A DNA stretch of 64,000 nucleotides from Octopus vulgaris (Eukaryota): the NCBI GenBank assembly GCA_951406725.2, contig OX597837.1, positions 20,832,001 to 20,896,000 on the forward strand. The letters run 5' to 3'. Positions 1 to 12,727 of the stretch are shown piece after piece. Each line of letters opens with the position of its first letter. Positions within the stretch are counted from its first letter, which is position 1. Under the pieces are notes generated by a model that saw only the letters and a list, made by a program, of their open reading frames with translations, made no database searches and had not been told where the DNA came from. Made by a program: the position numbers and the translations under genes.

Positions 1-346
1 ACATAAAAATACTATACATGCATCCCCCACACACACACACACACAAATACAAGCTCACACGCAAGTACAGATGCTTATATATACAAATGTTTCGCCAGAT
101 CTCCACCACGCATCCGCAGTGTAACAAATGATATGAAATATTTCTATCAATTTCTTATTAAGTCCGAAATCTGATTTCTGTCTGTCTTTTTGTTTATTCT
201 TTCTACTGTTAATTTTGTTATTCTAAGCTAAAAATCTTGATAGGACAAGATGGACGACTTCAGTAAATTTAGCTGACTATTCATCATTATTAAAAGTAGT
301 TTAGTGAGGGTCGATTTAAACGAATAGCGATATTCGTAACATATAA

Positions 347-432
347 AGCGGCGAGCAGGCAGAATCGTTAGCACGCCGGATAAAATGCTTAGCGGCAATT
401 CGTCCGTCTTTGCCTTTCATTCTTTCGGGTCA
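347..432 (+). mobile_element. SINE family B fragment
   Basis: Head GGCGAGCAGGCAGAATCGTTAGCACGCCGG followed by TTTGCCTTTCATTCTTTCGGG, matching other family B copies. Confidence 0.75.
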
Positions 433-491
433 ATTATAGCCTTATGGGTGGATTTAGTAGATGGAAAATGAAGGAAGCCCGTCGTACGTGC

Positions 492-534
<43 letters not shown>

Positions 535-758
535 TGTGTGTGTATCCAAGGATGTCTTCTGACCAGCGTTTGACAACCGGTACTGCTGTCTTTACATCCT
601 CATAACTTAGCGGTACAGAAAAAGGGACTGATATAACAAGTATCGGGTTTAAAACAAACCAACTAACAAACAAAAACAAGCACTGAGGTTGATTCATTCG
701 ACTAAAAATTCTTCAAGGCGGTGCCCCAGCATGGCCGCGGTTTAATGACTGAAACAAG

Positions 759-801
<43 letters not shown>

Positions 802-1027
802 CGTGTGTGTGTGTCCAAGGATGTCTCCTTACCAGCGGTTGACAACCGGTGCTGCTGTCTTTACATCCCCCTAACTTAGCGGTACAGAAAAAGGGACTGA
901 TAGAACAAGTATCGGGTTCAAAACAAACCAACTAACAAACAAAAAACAAGCACTGAGGTTGATTCATTCGACTAAAAATTCTTCAAGGCGGTGCCCCAGC
1001 ATGGCCGCGGTCTAATGACTGAAACAA

Positions 1028-1030
<3 letters not shown>
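433..1030 (+). mobile_element. SINE family A, 3' part tandemly duplicated (~270 bp unit)
   Basis: Two near-identical blocks CCAAGGATGTC...ACTGAAACAAGTA starting at 547 and 815, joined through (GT)n. Confidence 0.85.
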
Positions 1031-1089
<59 letters not shown>

Positions 1090-1116
1090 TACTTAACATG
1101 AACAGTATTCTCATAG

Positions 1117-1213
1117 ATTGCTTTCCATATCTGAACAGCTGCTTCGAAATTACAAAGCACAAGTGTTACACGAACAATTCCGCCCTGCTTACGTTCACGG
1201 GGTGGTACAGCTG
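1117..1213 (+). CDS. Candidate internal exon of an unknown host gene
   Basis: Unique sequence between TTCTCATAG and CTG|GTAAAA; open as LLSISEQLLRNYKAQVLHEQFRPAYVHGVVQL, but a second frame is also open; no homology recognised. Confidence 0.3.
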
Positions 1214-1642
1214 GTAAAATACACACGTAAATATTTTTCATTGCATCAAAAGAATAAACAGGCCGTTCGATATTGATGACTCACTAATTCGATAGAAATG
1301 CTAGCACTTGTGCATGTCTTCTCTTTCTCACTACCGTTTATTATTTCATTGAACTCTGGCCGCATGGTAGACTAATCCCCAAAAGAAGAATAAACGCAGG
1401 GTGTTGAGACTTTAATATATTTGGTCATAGCAAAGCGGCACGCTGGCAGAATCGTTAGCACACCAGGCAGAATGATTAACGGCATTTCGTCCGCCTTCAC
1501 GGTCTGAGTTCAAAGTCGGCTGAGCTCGACAAATGTAATCTGTAAGCGAAAGAGTAAAAACAATACTAAACTTTTCTCAAATTTAAAATGTGATATTTTT
1601 TTTTATCTACATTCCATCGATAGAGCTTTTTATTTTTATCAG

Positions 1643-1735
1643 AAGTTGACTGCTTCCTCAGAAGAAGATTGCAAGAAATTAAAACAGAAAACATACATAT
1701 ATTCCAAAGATTCGCCATCTGAGATTCTTATGTGA
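1643..1735 (+). CDS. Candidate terminal coding exon
   Basis: Strong acceptor TTTTTATTTTTATCAG, then KLTASSEEDCKKLKQKTYIYSKDSPSEILM*, phase-compatible with 1117-1213; AATAAA at ~1880. Confidence 0.3.
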   Translation, partial: KLTASSEEDCKKLKQKTYIYSKDSPSEILM

Positions 1736-2274
1736 ATAGATGCTCACACTTGGGTATATGCATCGGCAATTCAACCAACACATGAACTCACCCTCATATT
1801 TACAAACACCGGGAAGTCACTAAACCAGAAATGTCTTGTCGATTTGTTTGCGACCGGCTTGAATTCTCTCAAGAACTTAAATAAAACTCAAAGAAAAACC
1901 ATACATACATACATACGTACGTACGTACATACATACATACATACATACATACATAAGTATACATTCAAGCATGCAGGTATACATATACAGATACATATCT
2001 AGGACGCCCATGATAAAGCCGACCGTGAGAAGGCCGAACGTAAGATGACCGTATTTCAAATACTGTAAATCCTCGAGTATAACCTAAAATTCAAAATACT
2101 GGAAGCATGAAAGACTAAATGCTCGAAAAACATGCCGGATGCTCTCCTTGTGGTCAACCCTCACCTGTTTCCAAACACGGTAATATTTCCCCATGGCTGG
2201 ACTTGTTTTCGCAGAAGATTGGAAATGAATAACAATAATGGGATGACTGTGACACTCATTTAAAAATATCATGC

Positions 2275-2720
2275 ATGCGTACATACATACATGTGTACAT
2301 GTTTGTATGTATGTATGTATGTATGTATGTATGTATGTATGTATGTATGTATGTATAAATGTATGTATGTGCGTATGTATAAATGTATTTACGTATGGAT
2401 GTATATATGTATGTGCGTATATATGTATGTGTGTATGTATGTATGTGTTTATGTATGTGTGTATGCATGTATGTATCTATTTTGTGTATGTAGGTATCTA
2501 TTTTTGCTTGTATGTATGAATGTATGTATTATGTGCGTATGTATGTATGTATGTATGTATGCATGTATGTATGTATGTGTGTATGTAATTATGTATGTTT
2601 GCATGTATGAATGAATGTATGAATGTATGTATGTATGTGTGCATGCATGTATGTATGTATGTATGTATGTATGTATGTATGTATGTATGTATGTATATGT
2701 GTTTGTGTGTATGTGTATGA
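2275..2720. repeat. (TATG)n-based compound microsatellite
   Basis: Direct reading. Confidence 0.95.
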
Positions 2721-3639
2721 GTGTGTAGGAGTATGTGTGATATGACAGCTCCAGTGACAAAGCGAATGAAACGAGACTAAGAGAATAAAAGCGAGCATAC
2801 GACACTCACTGAAGAGCAGCAGACACACAGAGATAGAGAAAGAGGCAGCGGAAAGTGAGGGAGAGGGAGGTGAGAAAAAGAGACGAAGGGGGAGAGAGGG
2901 TAAAGACGGAATGATCGACAAAAAGACAGAAAGAGAGCAAAAAAATAAACTGAGAAAAAGATGGCGTCTCCATCAACTGCAACTATTTTACACATGACTA
3001 TCACAGCTTAGTATGAAGTTCCATGAATGTTATGTCAGTCGTCCACGTCATCCGCCATGACACCTCCTCGCTCACTGCCGATTACCTCCCTCCTTCCATA
3101 AAACTCGCCATCTCAAATCAAAGATGACATCAACTCGTCTTGACACCAAACGTGAAAACATCACAAATGATTTGTGACTTGGGAGAAACAAATGTTTACA
3201 AAAAAACGAACGGAAACAAAAAAACATTTCCCTGTTGAAATCTTATTGTTGTTGAGCCTCTTGTTGGTTTTTTTTATATTATTGTTATTACGCTTGCTGT
3301 TGTTGTCTATGTTAGAAATATAATGCTTGTTGTTATAAGTCCACCATGAAATTGCTGTTAAGCATAATCCCGATAATATTATTACCGTTATTGTAATATC
3401 TGTTGGTGTTGTTGTTCTTGGTGGTAGTGGTGTGGTTGTGGCGGCAGCGGTGGTAGGGATGGTGCATACTTTTATAAGTATGGTGCATAACGTTATAAGA
3501 AAAGATATTGGGTTGATATACGGTCACTTATCAATATGCTCCCATCTTCGCATGCATAATTTTACACCTACTCTCAATCACATACATACATACATACAAA
3601 TAAAATGGGCGCACACACACTAGCACATTCAAACATATA

Positions 3640-4490
3640 TATTGAGAGAAAGAGAGTTGACAATTTAAAGGAAAAATTCAGAGGAATAATTATAAGGTAG
3701 CTAAATCTTACTTAAGTGTGACTAGGAATTAAATCCGGGAGAGTAAGTCGTATTTAGTCAGTCAAGAAATATCTACAGCCGATATGGAAAAGAAAATAAC
3801 GTACTTAAACAAAGGAAAGAGGAAAGCTCTACGGTACTGTTGATGCAAGAATCACTTTCGAGGAAGAAGCCAAGAAGCATTCAACAACTCCTAACTGAAC
3901 TAGTGCTGCTGCCAACATATTTAGGCAAGAGGACATGAAAAGTAAAAATAGGGAAGATACCGCCGGAAATATTACTAAACTTGGAGGATAAAATCACCAT
4001 TCTTCAAGTCACCAAGCTGCGCCAGCAGAACTGGTGGAACCAGGGCCTAGAACTCGTAATTCAGGCCACTCAGCAAGACGTGGAATTGCTAGATCAAATT
4101 TTTCTGCCGGATGAAGCTACTATAAATGTATTAGTGGAGGTGCGAAGGCCAAGTTGCCTCCTGTGCGGCATCTCTAGTAGCATACCCTACAACCAGTAAT
4201 CCCCAACAAGCTGAGAAAGCCATAGGAATCCCAAAAGAGACGGCCAATACTGTAATAAAACAACACACACTAACAATAGTGAGAGAAGAGACAAAACAAC
4301 AAAAGAGGAACGCCTCTGAGAAAACAACTTCAACCACATCTGAAGAAGTAGTGAACGAATGAAGGGCGGTAAAAAAAGGTGCAAGAGGATGAACAACTTC
4401 CCCACACACACTACCACACAAAACCCTCATTTTAACTCTCTAGCTTTCTGGGGAAAACAAGATGTAGCACATAAGGTGTGAAAAGTAAAT
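3640..4490 (+). pseudogene. Degenerate LINE ORF1-like remnant (L1/Tx1-like)
   Basis: LELVIQATQQDVE...VLVEVRRPSCLLCG resembles the lead-in to an ORF1 zinc knuckle; related peptide IELLIQTTQKNVY at ~63200. Confidence 0.45.
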
Positions 4491-4720
4491 TATTACTGGA
4501 TGTTTTGAAAGGAATTGATTAAAGTCAGTCTATATTTATGACATGCTTATACACTTACTCAAATGCGATCAATTGGAAGAAAACACAAAGGATTTTACTG
4601 TGCACGGCGGTCTGTTTGTATCTAAAATTTAATGTTCATTCTCCCATTAAGTGTGTAGAAGGAGGAAGGTACAGAGAGCAAGTCTCGCGCGAAAGAAGTT
4701 TGTACGTGCTGCATACAGCT

Positions 4721-4797
<77 letters not shown>

Positions 4798-4804
<7 letters not shown>

Positions 4805-5115
4805 TAAGAGAGTGGTCACTATGTGGCTCACTCTAGCACTAGTAAATCCAAAAGGTTTCAACCACAAAAAATACATGTTTCCCATGAAAGTCCATGTTTC
4901 CCATGTATTTTTTGTATTTTTTGTGGTTGAAACCTTTTGGATTTACTAGTGCTAGAGTGAGCCACATAGTGACCACTCTCTTATATTTATTTTTATAAAA
5001 TATTATAATATGTTATAAAATATTATAATAATCCAGGTTTCTCGGGGCACTGGGCCACTTGGTGTGGAATAGGTATACTATTAAATTAGTATCTAATTCT
5101 CTCACCCATTATTAA

Positions 5116-5120
<5 letters not shown>
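4798..5120 (+). mobile_element. (TA)n-flanked insertion with a 78-bp perfect inverted duplication (Penelope-like architecture)
   Basis: Arms 4798-4875 and 4913-4990 are reverse complements; (TA)n on both sides. Confidence 0.7.
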
Positions 5121-5195
<75 letters not shown>

Positions 5196-5204
5196 GTATA
5201 TCAG

Positions 5205-5395
5205 ACGCCATGATAGATCGTTAGCTACTACACGCATTTTTCTCTCTCCTTGTTTTTTTTCTGTGTATCTTTCTGTGGAAGAGCGTAGGCTCGAAACGTA
5301 AAAGACTTTTTCTATTCCTGAGCGCTATACTAATATACATTTGTTTGTTTGTACACCACCTGCCTTCGTCTTTTGTTTATTTTCGTAAACTTTCC

Positions 5396-5399
<4 letters not shown>
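5205..5399 (+). mobile_element. ~200-bp hammerhead-bearing element (family HH1), 3' end fused to (TA)n
   Basis: TCTTT-CTGTGGA-A-GAGC(GTAG)GCTC-GAAACGT-A-AAAGA at 5268-5305; shared tail CTTCGTCTTTTGTT...; near-identical copy on minus strand at 56091-56285. Confidence 0.8.
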
Positions 5400-5474
<75 letters not shown>

Positions 5475-5705
5475 CACCGATCTGATGGATCTGATGTCCT
5501 GCAAGTCCCTTCAAAGACCGCCACACAGCGAGGTGCCACCAACTTCTGTCCAGTCACGCGATCCAAAACATTCTCCTTTTTATTACGTTTGGCATCGGTA
5601 GAACGTCGAACTCACATCTAGTAACACCATACGACCCGCCTTGACCAATAGCAGTCCAGTTTCCGGTAGCCATTTAGGACTTTCTATATCTTTCCATTCG
5701 GCTAC

Positions 5706-5765
5706 TTGTGCCTGACGAGGTAGATACATTCCTCTAAGAAGCCTACGAAACTTTAACTTGCATGG
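5706..5765 (+). ncRNA. Degenerate type I hammerhead motif
   Basis: TTGTGC-CTGACGA-G-GTAG...CTAC-GAAAC...CTT-GCATGG; stems I and II pair, stem III has a mismatch. Confidence 0.45.
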
Positions 5766-5800
5766 GGCTGAATCAAGCAGTTTCAAATAATATGAGCGAG

Positions 5801-5839
<39 letters not shown>

Positions 5840-6490
5840 GTGGGTGTGCGTGTGTGGGTGTGTGGGTGTGTCTCCAACCACCTCTTGACATCTGGCGTTA
5901 GTTGGTTTACATCCAAGCAACACAACGATTCGGAAAAAAGACAAACAAAATAAATACTAAGCTTTAAAAATATATCCTGGTGTGTATTTCTTTTTCCCCG
6001 ACTAAAACCTTCAAGGTGGTGGCCCTGCATGGCCACAGTCCAGTGACTGAAACAGGTAAAAGATAAACAGATATACAAAGAAAGGAGAGTTAACCAAGGA
6101 TAATGAACCAATTTCGCCCCGAGAAAATTGTGATGGGTAAAGCTGGCAGCAGAGACGAGCAAGGTGGCGTTTGCATACATGTCAAAATGGTACAATGGTG
6201 TAGCAGTTACGTTTTTCAGCCATAAAAAAAGTAATAATTCGTAGAAAGCTAAAAGGTGAGAATGGGGCAAGGGACGGGAGAAGAAAGAAAGAAACAAACA
6301 AACAAACAAAGGAAGAGAGAAACAAAGAATGGGAGGCTAGCGCTTCTTATCTTAAATATCCAGCCCCTAAAGTATAGGGATGTCAGACCCTATATTTGAT
6401 ATAATAGGTATATCGCATTTAGATGTCACAGCGGACACAACGGTTAATGATAATTTAGATATCTATGATGTTTGGTACTGACATTTTTGA

Positions 6491-6588
<98 letters not shown>

Positions 6589-6716
6589 TGTATATGTACA
6601 TGTAGAGGTAGGTACGTACATATATGTTTATATATATGCATATGTTTTATTTCATTTATTAATATATATATATATGTCTGTCTGTCTTTCTATCTATTTA
6701 TCAATAGTGGTTGGGC

Positions 6717-6991
6717 GGGGATCTGGACAAAAGCACCCACGGACAGAACCCCGCTCGGACAAAAGCCCCATAGTTAAAGTGTGAAAGTGGGCAAAAGCCA
6801 CACGGTTATATCTTTAGGTTATTTTTTCGTTTTTCCCCCCACCTTTTACTAGAAATAACAGCCAAATCTCTTGAAATTTTTAAATAAACCCCTCGGTTAT
6901 ATATATATATATTTGTTATTCTTCGTTTTTTTTTTATTTTCTAAAAATCTTTTTAGTTGCTTCAGTCATTGGGTGCTTTCGTCCTACACTC
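6717..6991. mobile_element. MITE with subterminal GGACAAAAGC repeats
   Basis: GGACAAAAGCACCCA near left end, TGGGTGCTTTCGTCC near right end; GTTGGGC duplicated in both flanks (6710-6716, 6993-6999). Confidence 0.6.
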
Positions 6992-7417
6992 TGTTGGGCA
7001 TGATTGTCTTGCCGTATACTTATATCTATGTGGCTTCCATGAACAGATGTGTGAGTGTGTGTGTATGATTGGTTTATTTGAAGCAGTGTATGAAGGTAGT
7101 AGTAATAAAATTTGATAGCCAAAACAAAACGATCGTCAAAAAATACAATATTTTTATCATTCAATTTTTTCAGTCATTGGACTGCGACCATGCTGTAACA
7201 CTGCCATTAAGGGTTTTAGTCGAACAAAAAGCTCCCCCGCACCACTGTGTATTTTTTTTTAAGGCTGGTACTTATCGGATTTCTCTTTGTTGAACTTTTA
7301 CATTATGTGGACGTAAACAAACGAACACCAGTAGTCACGCGATAGAGAAGACAAACGGAAACACACACATGCACTCATTGATGTATGCATACACGCGCCC
7401 CACCCCTAATGTATATA

Positions 7418-7481
<64 letters not shown>

Positions 7482-7486
<5 letters not shown>

Positions 7487-7920
7487 CAACAATTGAGGGT
7501 AAAATTAATTAATTATTAATCAATTTCACCAAGTATTCAGTATGTAAAGGGACCATTTAAGGCGAATTCAAAATATTACATTTTATAAAGGGCTCAGTAA
7601 AATAAATTACTTTGCCACATACTGAACTCATTAGAAATAGCAGCCAAAAAAAATTTTTTAGCCGAATTCTAATACTTAAAGAAAATTTCTCTCAGATAGT
7701 GCTTACTCAGAATAGCCCACGAAGGTATGGGGGTAAAAACATTAAAAAATCACAAATGCAAAGGTTATTTGAGAACGTACGTTTCTAGATCAGCCAAATA
7801 CAATTCGACATTTCTTTCGTCAGCCCAAAATTCCTTAATTCGGATTTGCAAACACTGAAAGTAGGAGCATACCCTTTTGGCGACTTTTCACCTCAGAAGA
7901 TCCGTTCAGACTATCAGTGC

Positions 7921-7926
<6 letters not shown>
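7482..7926 (-). mobile_element. Unclassified insertion flanked by (TA)n on both sides
   Basis: Unique 445 bp between two long (TA)n; shares CACCAAGT and a hairpin layout with the 4798-5120 element. Confidence 0.5.
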
Positions 7927-8376
<450 letters not shown>

Positions 8377-8468
8377 AATATACACATACATACATACATA
8401 CATACATACATACATACATACATACATGCATATGTACATACATGCGTACATACATACGTACATACATA

Positions 8469-8827
8469 GGCGCAGGCGTGACTGTGTAGTAAGAAGCTTG
8501 CTTCACTACCACACGGTTCCTGGTTCAGTCCCACTGCGACCAAAGCCTTATGAATGGATTTGGTAAACGAAAACTGAAAGAAGCCCGTCGTATACATGTA
8601 TATATCTATATGTGTGTGTCGTTGTGTTTGTGTTTGTCCCAAATCACCGCTTGGTAACAAGTGTTGGTGTGTCTACGTCCCCATAACTTAACAGTTCAGC
8701 AAAAGATACCTATAGAATAAGTACTAGTCTTAAAAAATAAGTCCTGGGGTCGATTTGTTCGGCTAAAACCTTTCAAGGCGGTGCTCCTGCATGACTGCAG
8801 CCAAATGACTGAAACAAGTAAAAGAAA
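8469..8827 (+). mobile_element. SINE family A
   Basis: Head GGCGCAGGCGTGACTGTGTAG, B-box GGTTCAGTCCC, tail ACTGAAACAAGTAAAAG; inverted 5' half follows at ~8840-8985. Confidence 0.85.
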
Positions 8828-9541
8828 ACGAAATATACATACGGGCTTCTTTCAGTTTCCATCAACCAAATTCACTCACAAGGCTTTGGTCGATCAGTGG
8901 CTAGAGTGGAAATTACACACCCATGGTGTCACGCAGTGGACCTGAACCAGGAAACTTGTGGCTGGAAAGCAAACTTCCTACCATTTACAATTTTTATTAT
9001 TTATTTATTTATTTACTCCGTTAGGTAGCTGGATGCTAATGCTTTACGTTCTGAGTTCAAATTCTGCCGAGGTCGACTTTACCTTACATCCTTTCGTGGG
9101 TTAATGAAATAAATTCAAGTCCCTTACTGGGGTTGTCTTGATTAATTACACCCACCCAACCACCGCCATAACCACCACCGCCGCTACAAAAATTGCTGGC
9201 CCTGTGCCAAAACTTGAAATCATTATTTAGTTATGCATTAGGATTGTATTTCGATTTCAAAGAGTCTTTTCAAATAATAGAGTAAAGAAGAAGAGCAATT
9301 AATATGCAAAATACAAAAAGATATTAGCCATTGGCTGTCGAGACCGATCGGGAGAGAAAAGACCCAAAGTCAAATAAGCTACAGTGATTTATGCAACTTA
9401 TGGCTGCTGTAAGCGTTGCATCATTCACTGTCCTTGTATATGTAAATCTAAAAAGATCCTACCAGAGTGTTATGTATGTATGCATGCATGTATGTATGTA
9501 TGGACGGAACGTAAACATTTATACACATACACACACCAAAT

Positions 9542-9642
<101 letters not shown>

Positions 9643-9909
9643 TATATACATATTTACACACACATACATACATATACACATACATATATACAAATATATC
9701 TATGTATGTTTGTATGCAAATATGTATGTATATATATATATACATACACACACACACACATATATATATATAAATATATATATATATAGTTATATAAATA
9801 TATGTATATATACATATATATAAATGTGTGTGTACAGACATATGTATGCATACATGTATATGTGAATATGTACCAATATACCAACTGGGTGGGTGTATAC
9901 TAAATACAG

Positions 9910-9977
<68 letters not shown>

Positions 9978-10008
9978 ATATGTATATATATATGTGTGTA
10001 TATATATA

Positions 10009-10061
<53 letters not shown>

Positions 10062-10497
10062 ATGCACACATACATAACGAAAGAGAGAAAGTGAGGCAGA
10101 CAGAAAGGGAATACATGAAAATCAAAATCTTAGAAGTTGATTGTTTCGTGTCCACATTGCATATATTGCAAATGTTTTATTCTGTTGCACAAACAACTGC
10201 AGATACTGCACTGAAATGCACCACATGAATATTGCACAAATTGCAGAGCAGCATAAACATGAAGTCTGTTTTGTTTTACCTTTTTTCCTCCCTTCTATTA
10301 GTTCTTTTCATTCTTTTGCCTTCATAAAAGGCTCGATCTTCAAAGAAAGGTTTTTTCAGACGGGCGCTTAGAACTGGTCAAAGATGGCGCTCGCTCTGTT
10401 GACGCCATGTTGGTTTGTAAGAGAAGCCTCTCGATTTAAGGCTAACGAATGTGCGCACGTGTTGGGAAAGATGGGGGTGGCGGTGATGGTGGTGGTT

Positions 10498-10730
10498 GTG
10501 GTTGTGGTTGTGGTGATACTAGTAGTAGTCGTAGTAGTAGTGGTGGTGGTGGTAGTGGTGGTGGTGGTGGTGTACGAGAATGAGCGCCGGAGTGAAAAGA
10601 AAAAAAAACAAACGAATGAGAATCTGATGAATGATAAAATAGATTCGTGTGGAAGAAGAAGAAGAAGAAGAAGAAGAAGAAGAAGAAGAAGAAGAAGAAG
10701 AAGAAGAAGAAGAAGAAGAAGAAGAAGAAG
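10498..10730. repeat. (GTG/GTA)n and (AAG)n microsatellites
   Basis: Direct reading. Confidence 0.95.
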
Positions 10731-11122
10731 AAAAGGGAGGAGGATGACAGGGAGAAAGAAAAAAGGGAAAGGTTGAGGTGGGGGAAGGAGAAGGGAGACT
10801 GGTATGTAGTTTAACGAAGTAGTTAAAAGACCAAATTTAGTATCCTGGCTTTGATGTCGCTTACCACAGACACACACACACATATACACATACACACACA
10901 CGTATACACATATATTTAGACACACACACACATACAAATTTTTTTAAGATCAAAGACAAAGAGTCGACATCGATGTTTGCCCGTGTAGGTATTAGTGCGT
11001 ACATTGATATAAAGATTTCTCCTTCCACCGCACAATCAGCATCAACACCATCAGCGCCATCAACTCTACACTCCGTGGATACTGAAACAGAGTTTTCTTT
11101 CTGTCTCCTTCCCCCCTCTCTC

Positions 11123-11213
<91 letters not shown>

Positions 11214-11550
11214 CACACACATAGAGAGAGAGAGCGAGAGCGATATATACATACATATAAATATAAATATAAATATAAATATAAATACGTGTGTGTATGT
11301 GTGTATATTTATATATGTATATATATGTATATATATACAAATATTATATGCATGTATGATTGTATATATATATATATATACAAATATTATGTATAATATG
11401 TATGTATATGTATGTATATGTATGTATATACATGCATACATACATACATACAAATATGTAAGTGTATGTGAGTATAAATATATATTTACAAACCTGTGTG
11501 TGTATATATATATGTACATACATACATATATAAATACATACGTACGTACA

Positions 11551-11584
<34 letters not shown>

Positions 11585-11598
11585 AATACATACGTACG

Positions 11599-11632
<34 letters not shown>

Positions 11633-11646
11633 AATACATACGTACG

Positions 11647-11680
<34 letters not shown>

Positions 11681-12168
11681 AATACATACATACATACATA
11701 CATATACATACATACATACATACTTACATACAAATATGTAATTGTATGTGTGTATAAATATGTATTTACAAACCTGTGTATATGCATATATAGGTATGTG
11801 TATACACACACACATACACATATGCATACATACACACACACACATACGCACATACATACATACATGTCATGAATAATGCAGATGCAAAAGCATCACTCTT
11901 TTCTTAATTGAACATGGAACAGTTTCGGACTCGAAGCGGAGACTCAAAAAAGTATCGCAGCTGAAGTTAGAAAACTGAAATTAAATGAAATTCCTTTTGT
12001 ATGGGTTTCAGATTGAAAAATAATAATAATAATGATAAATAAATGGTGAGGAACAAGTAAGGAAAAGATTAAAGAGAAAACTAGTGCGCGCTTGAGCTGT
12101 ATTTGAGCTACGTGGGTGTATTTGAAGAGCCATTTCCGTTCCCTCAACAGCACCCACTCATGTGCATA

Positions 12169-12691
12169 CCGTAAATCCTTGAGTATAATCCGCATATTTT
12201 TCCCCAAAATTTAAAGGTCAAAATCCCTAGTGCGTATTATATACGAAGTTAAAAATGAAAAATATTTTCTAAGCAATGTCCGAGTCTCTATTTGCTGTCC
12301 GGCAATGTTTATTCAGACGCATTTTGTGATGCCGGGTGCGAAAATACCTTAAGCTAAGCCTGAAAGCAATGAAGTCATAAAAGAATCATCCATAACTTGC
12401 AGTAAGCAACATTTATTAAAATAAAAGTATTCAGAACACATAATAACATATAACAAAAACAAGTTGCAAACATACTTACATTCCCATATAACAGTTAAGA
12501 ACATCACCATTATTGTATTACGCATGCGCGGAAGTGTTTGTTCGACTAGGTGCTGTTGGCTTAATTACGCACAACTCGAGTTAGAGAAGGGGTGCGTATT
12601 ATACACAAGGTTTAGGGTTTTCAGAGGTATAGCCCCCTAAAAATCCCCTGCGTGTTATACTCAAGGGCGGACTACACTCGAGGATTTACGG
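12169..12691. mobile_element. Non-autonomous pogo/Tc2-type DNA transposon (MITE)
   Basis: TIRs CCGTAAATCCTTGAGTATAATCCGC / GCGGACTACACTCGAGGATTTACGG; TA on left flank; subterminal TGCGTATTATA repeats. Confidence 0.8.
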
Positions 12692-12727
12692 TGTCTGATT
12701 CCTACTCAGGAGGTTATGCTCAGTGAA

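Noticed and set aside
245-296. Further candidate exon upstream of 1117
   Set aside because: Weak donor and phase incompatible with the proposed downstream exon
5583-5891. Minus ORF with RRLLRG, reminiscent of tyrosine recombinases
   Set aside because: No catalytic motifs; starts in SINE and microsatellite sequence
7795-7830. Minus-strand CTGACGA and nearby short peptide SPKGYAPTFSVCK
   Set aside because: No stem II or GAAA; frame is flanked by stops with no recognisable domain
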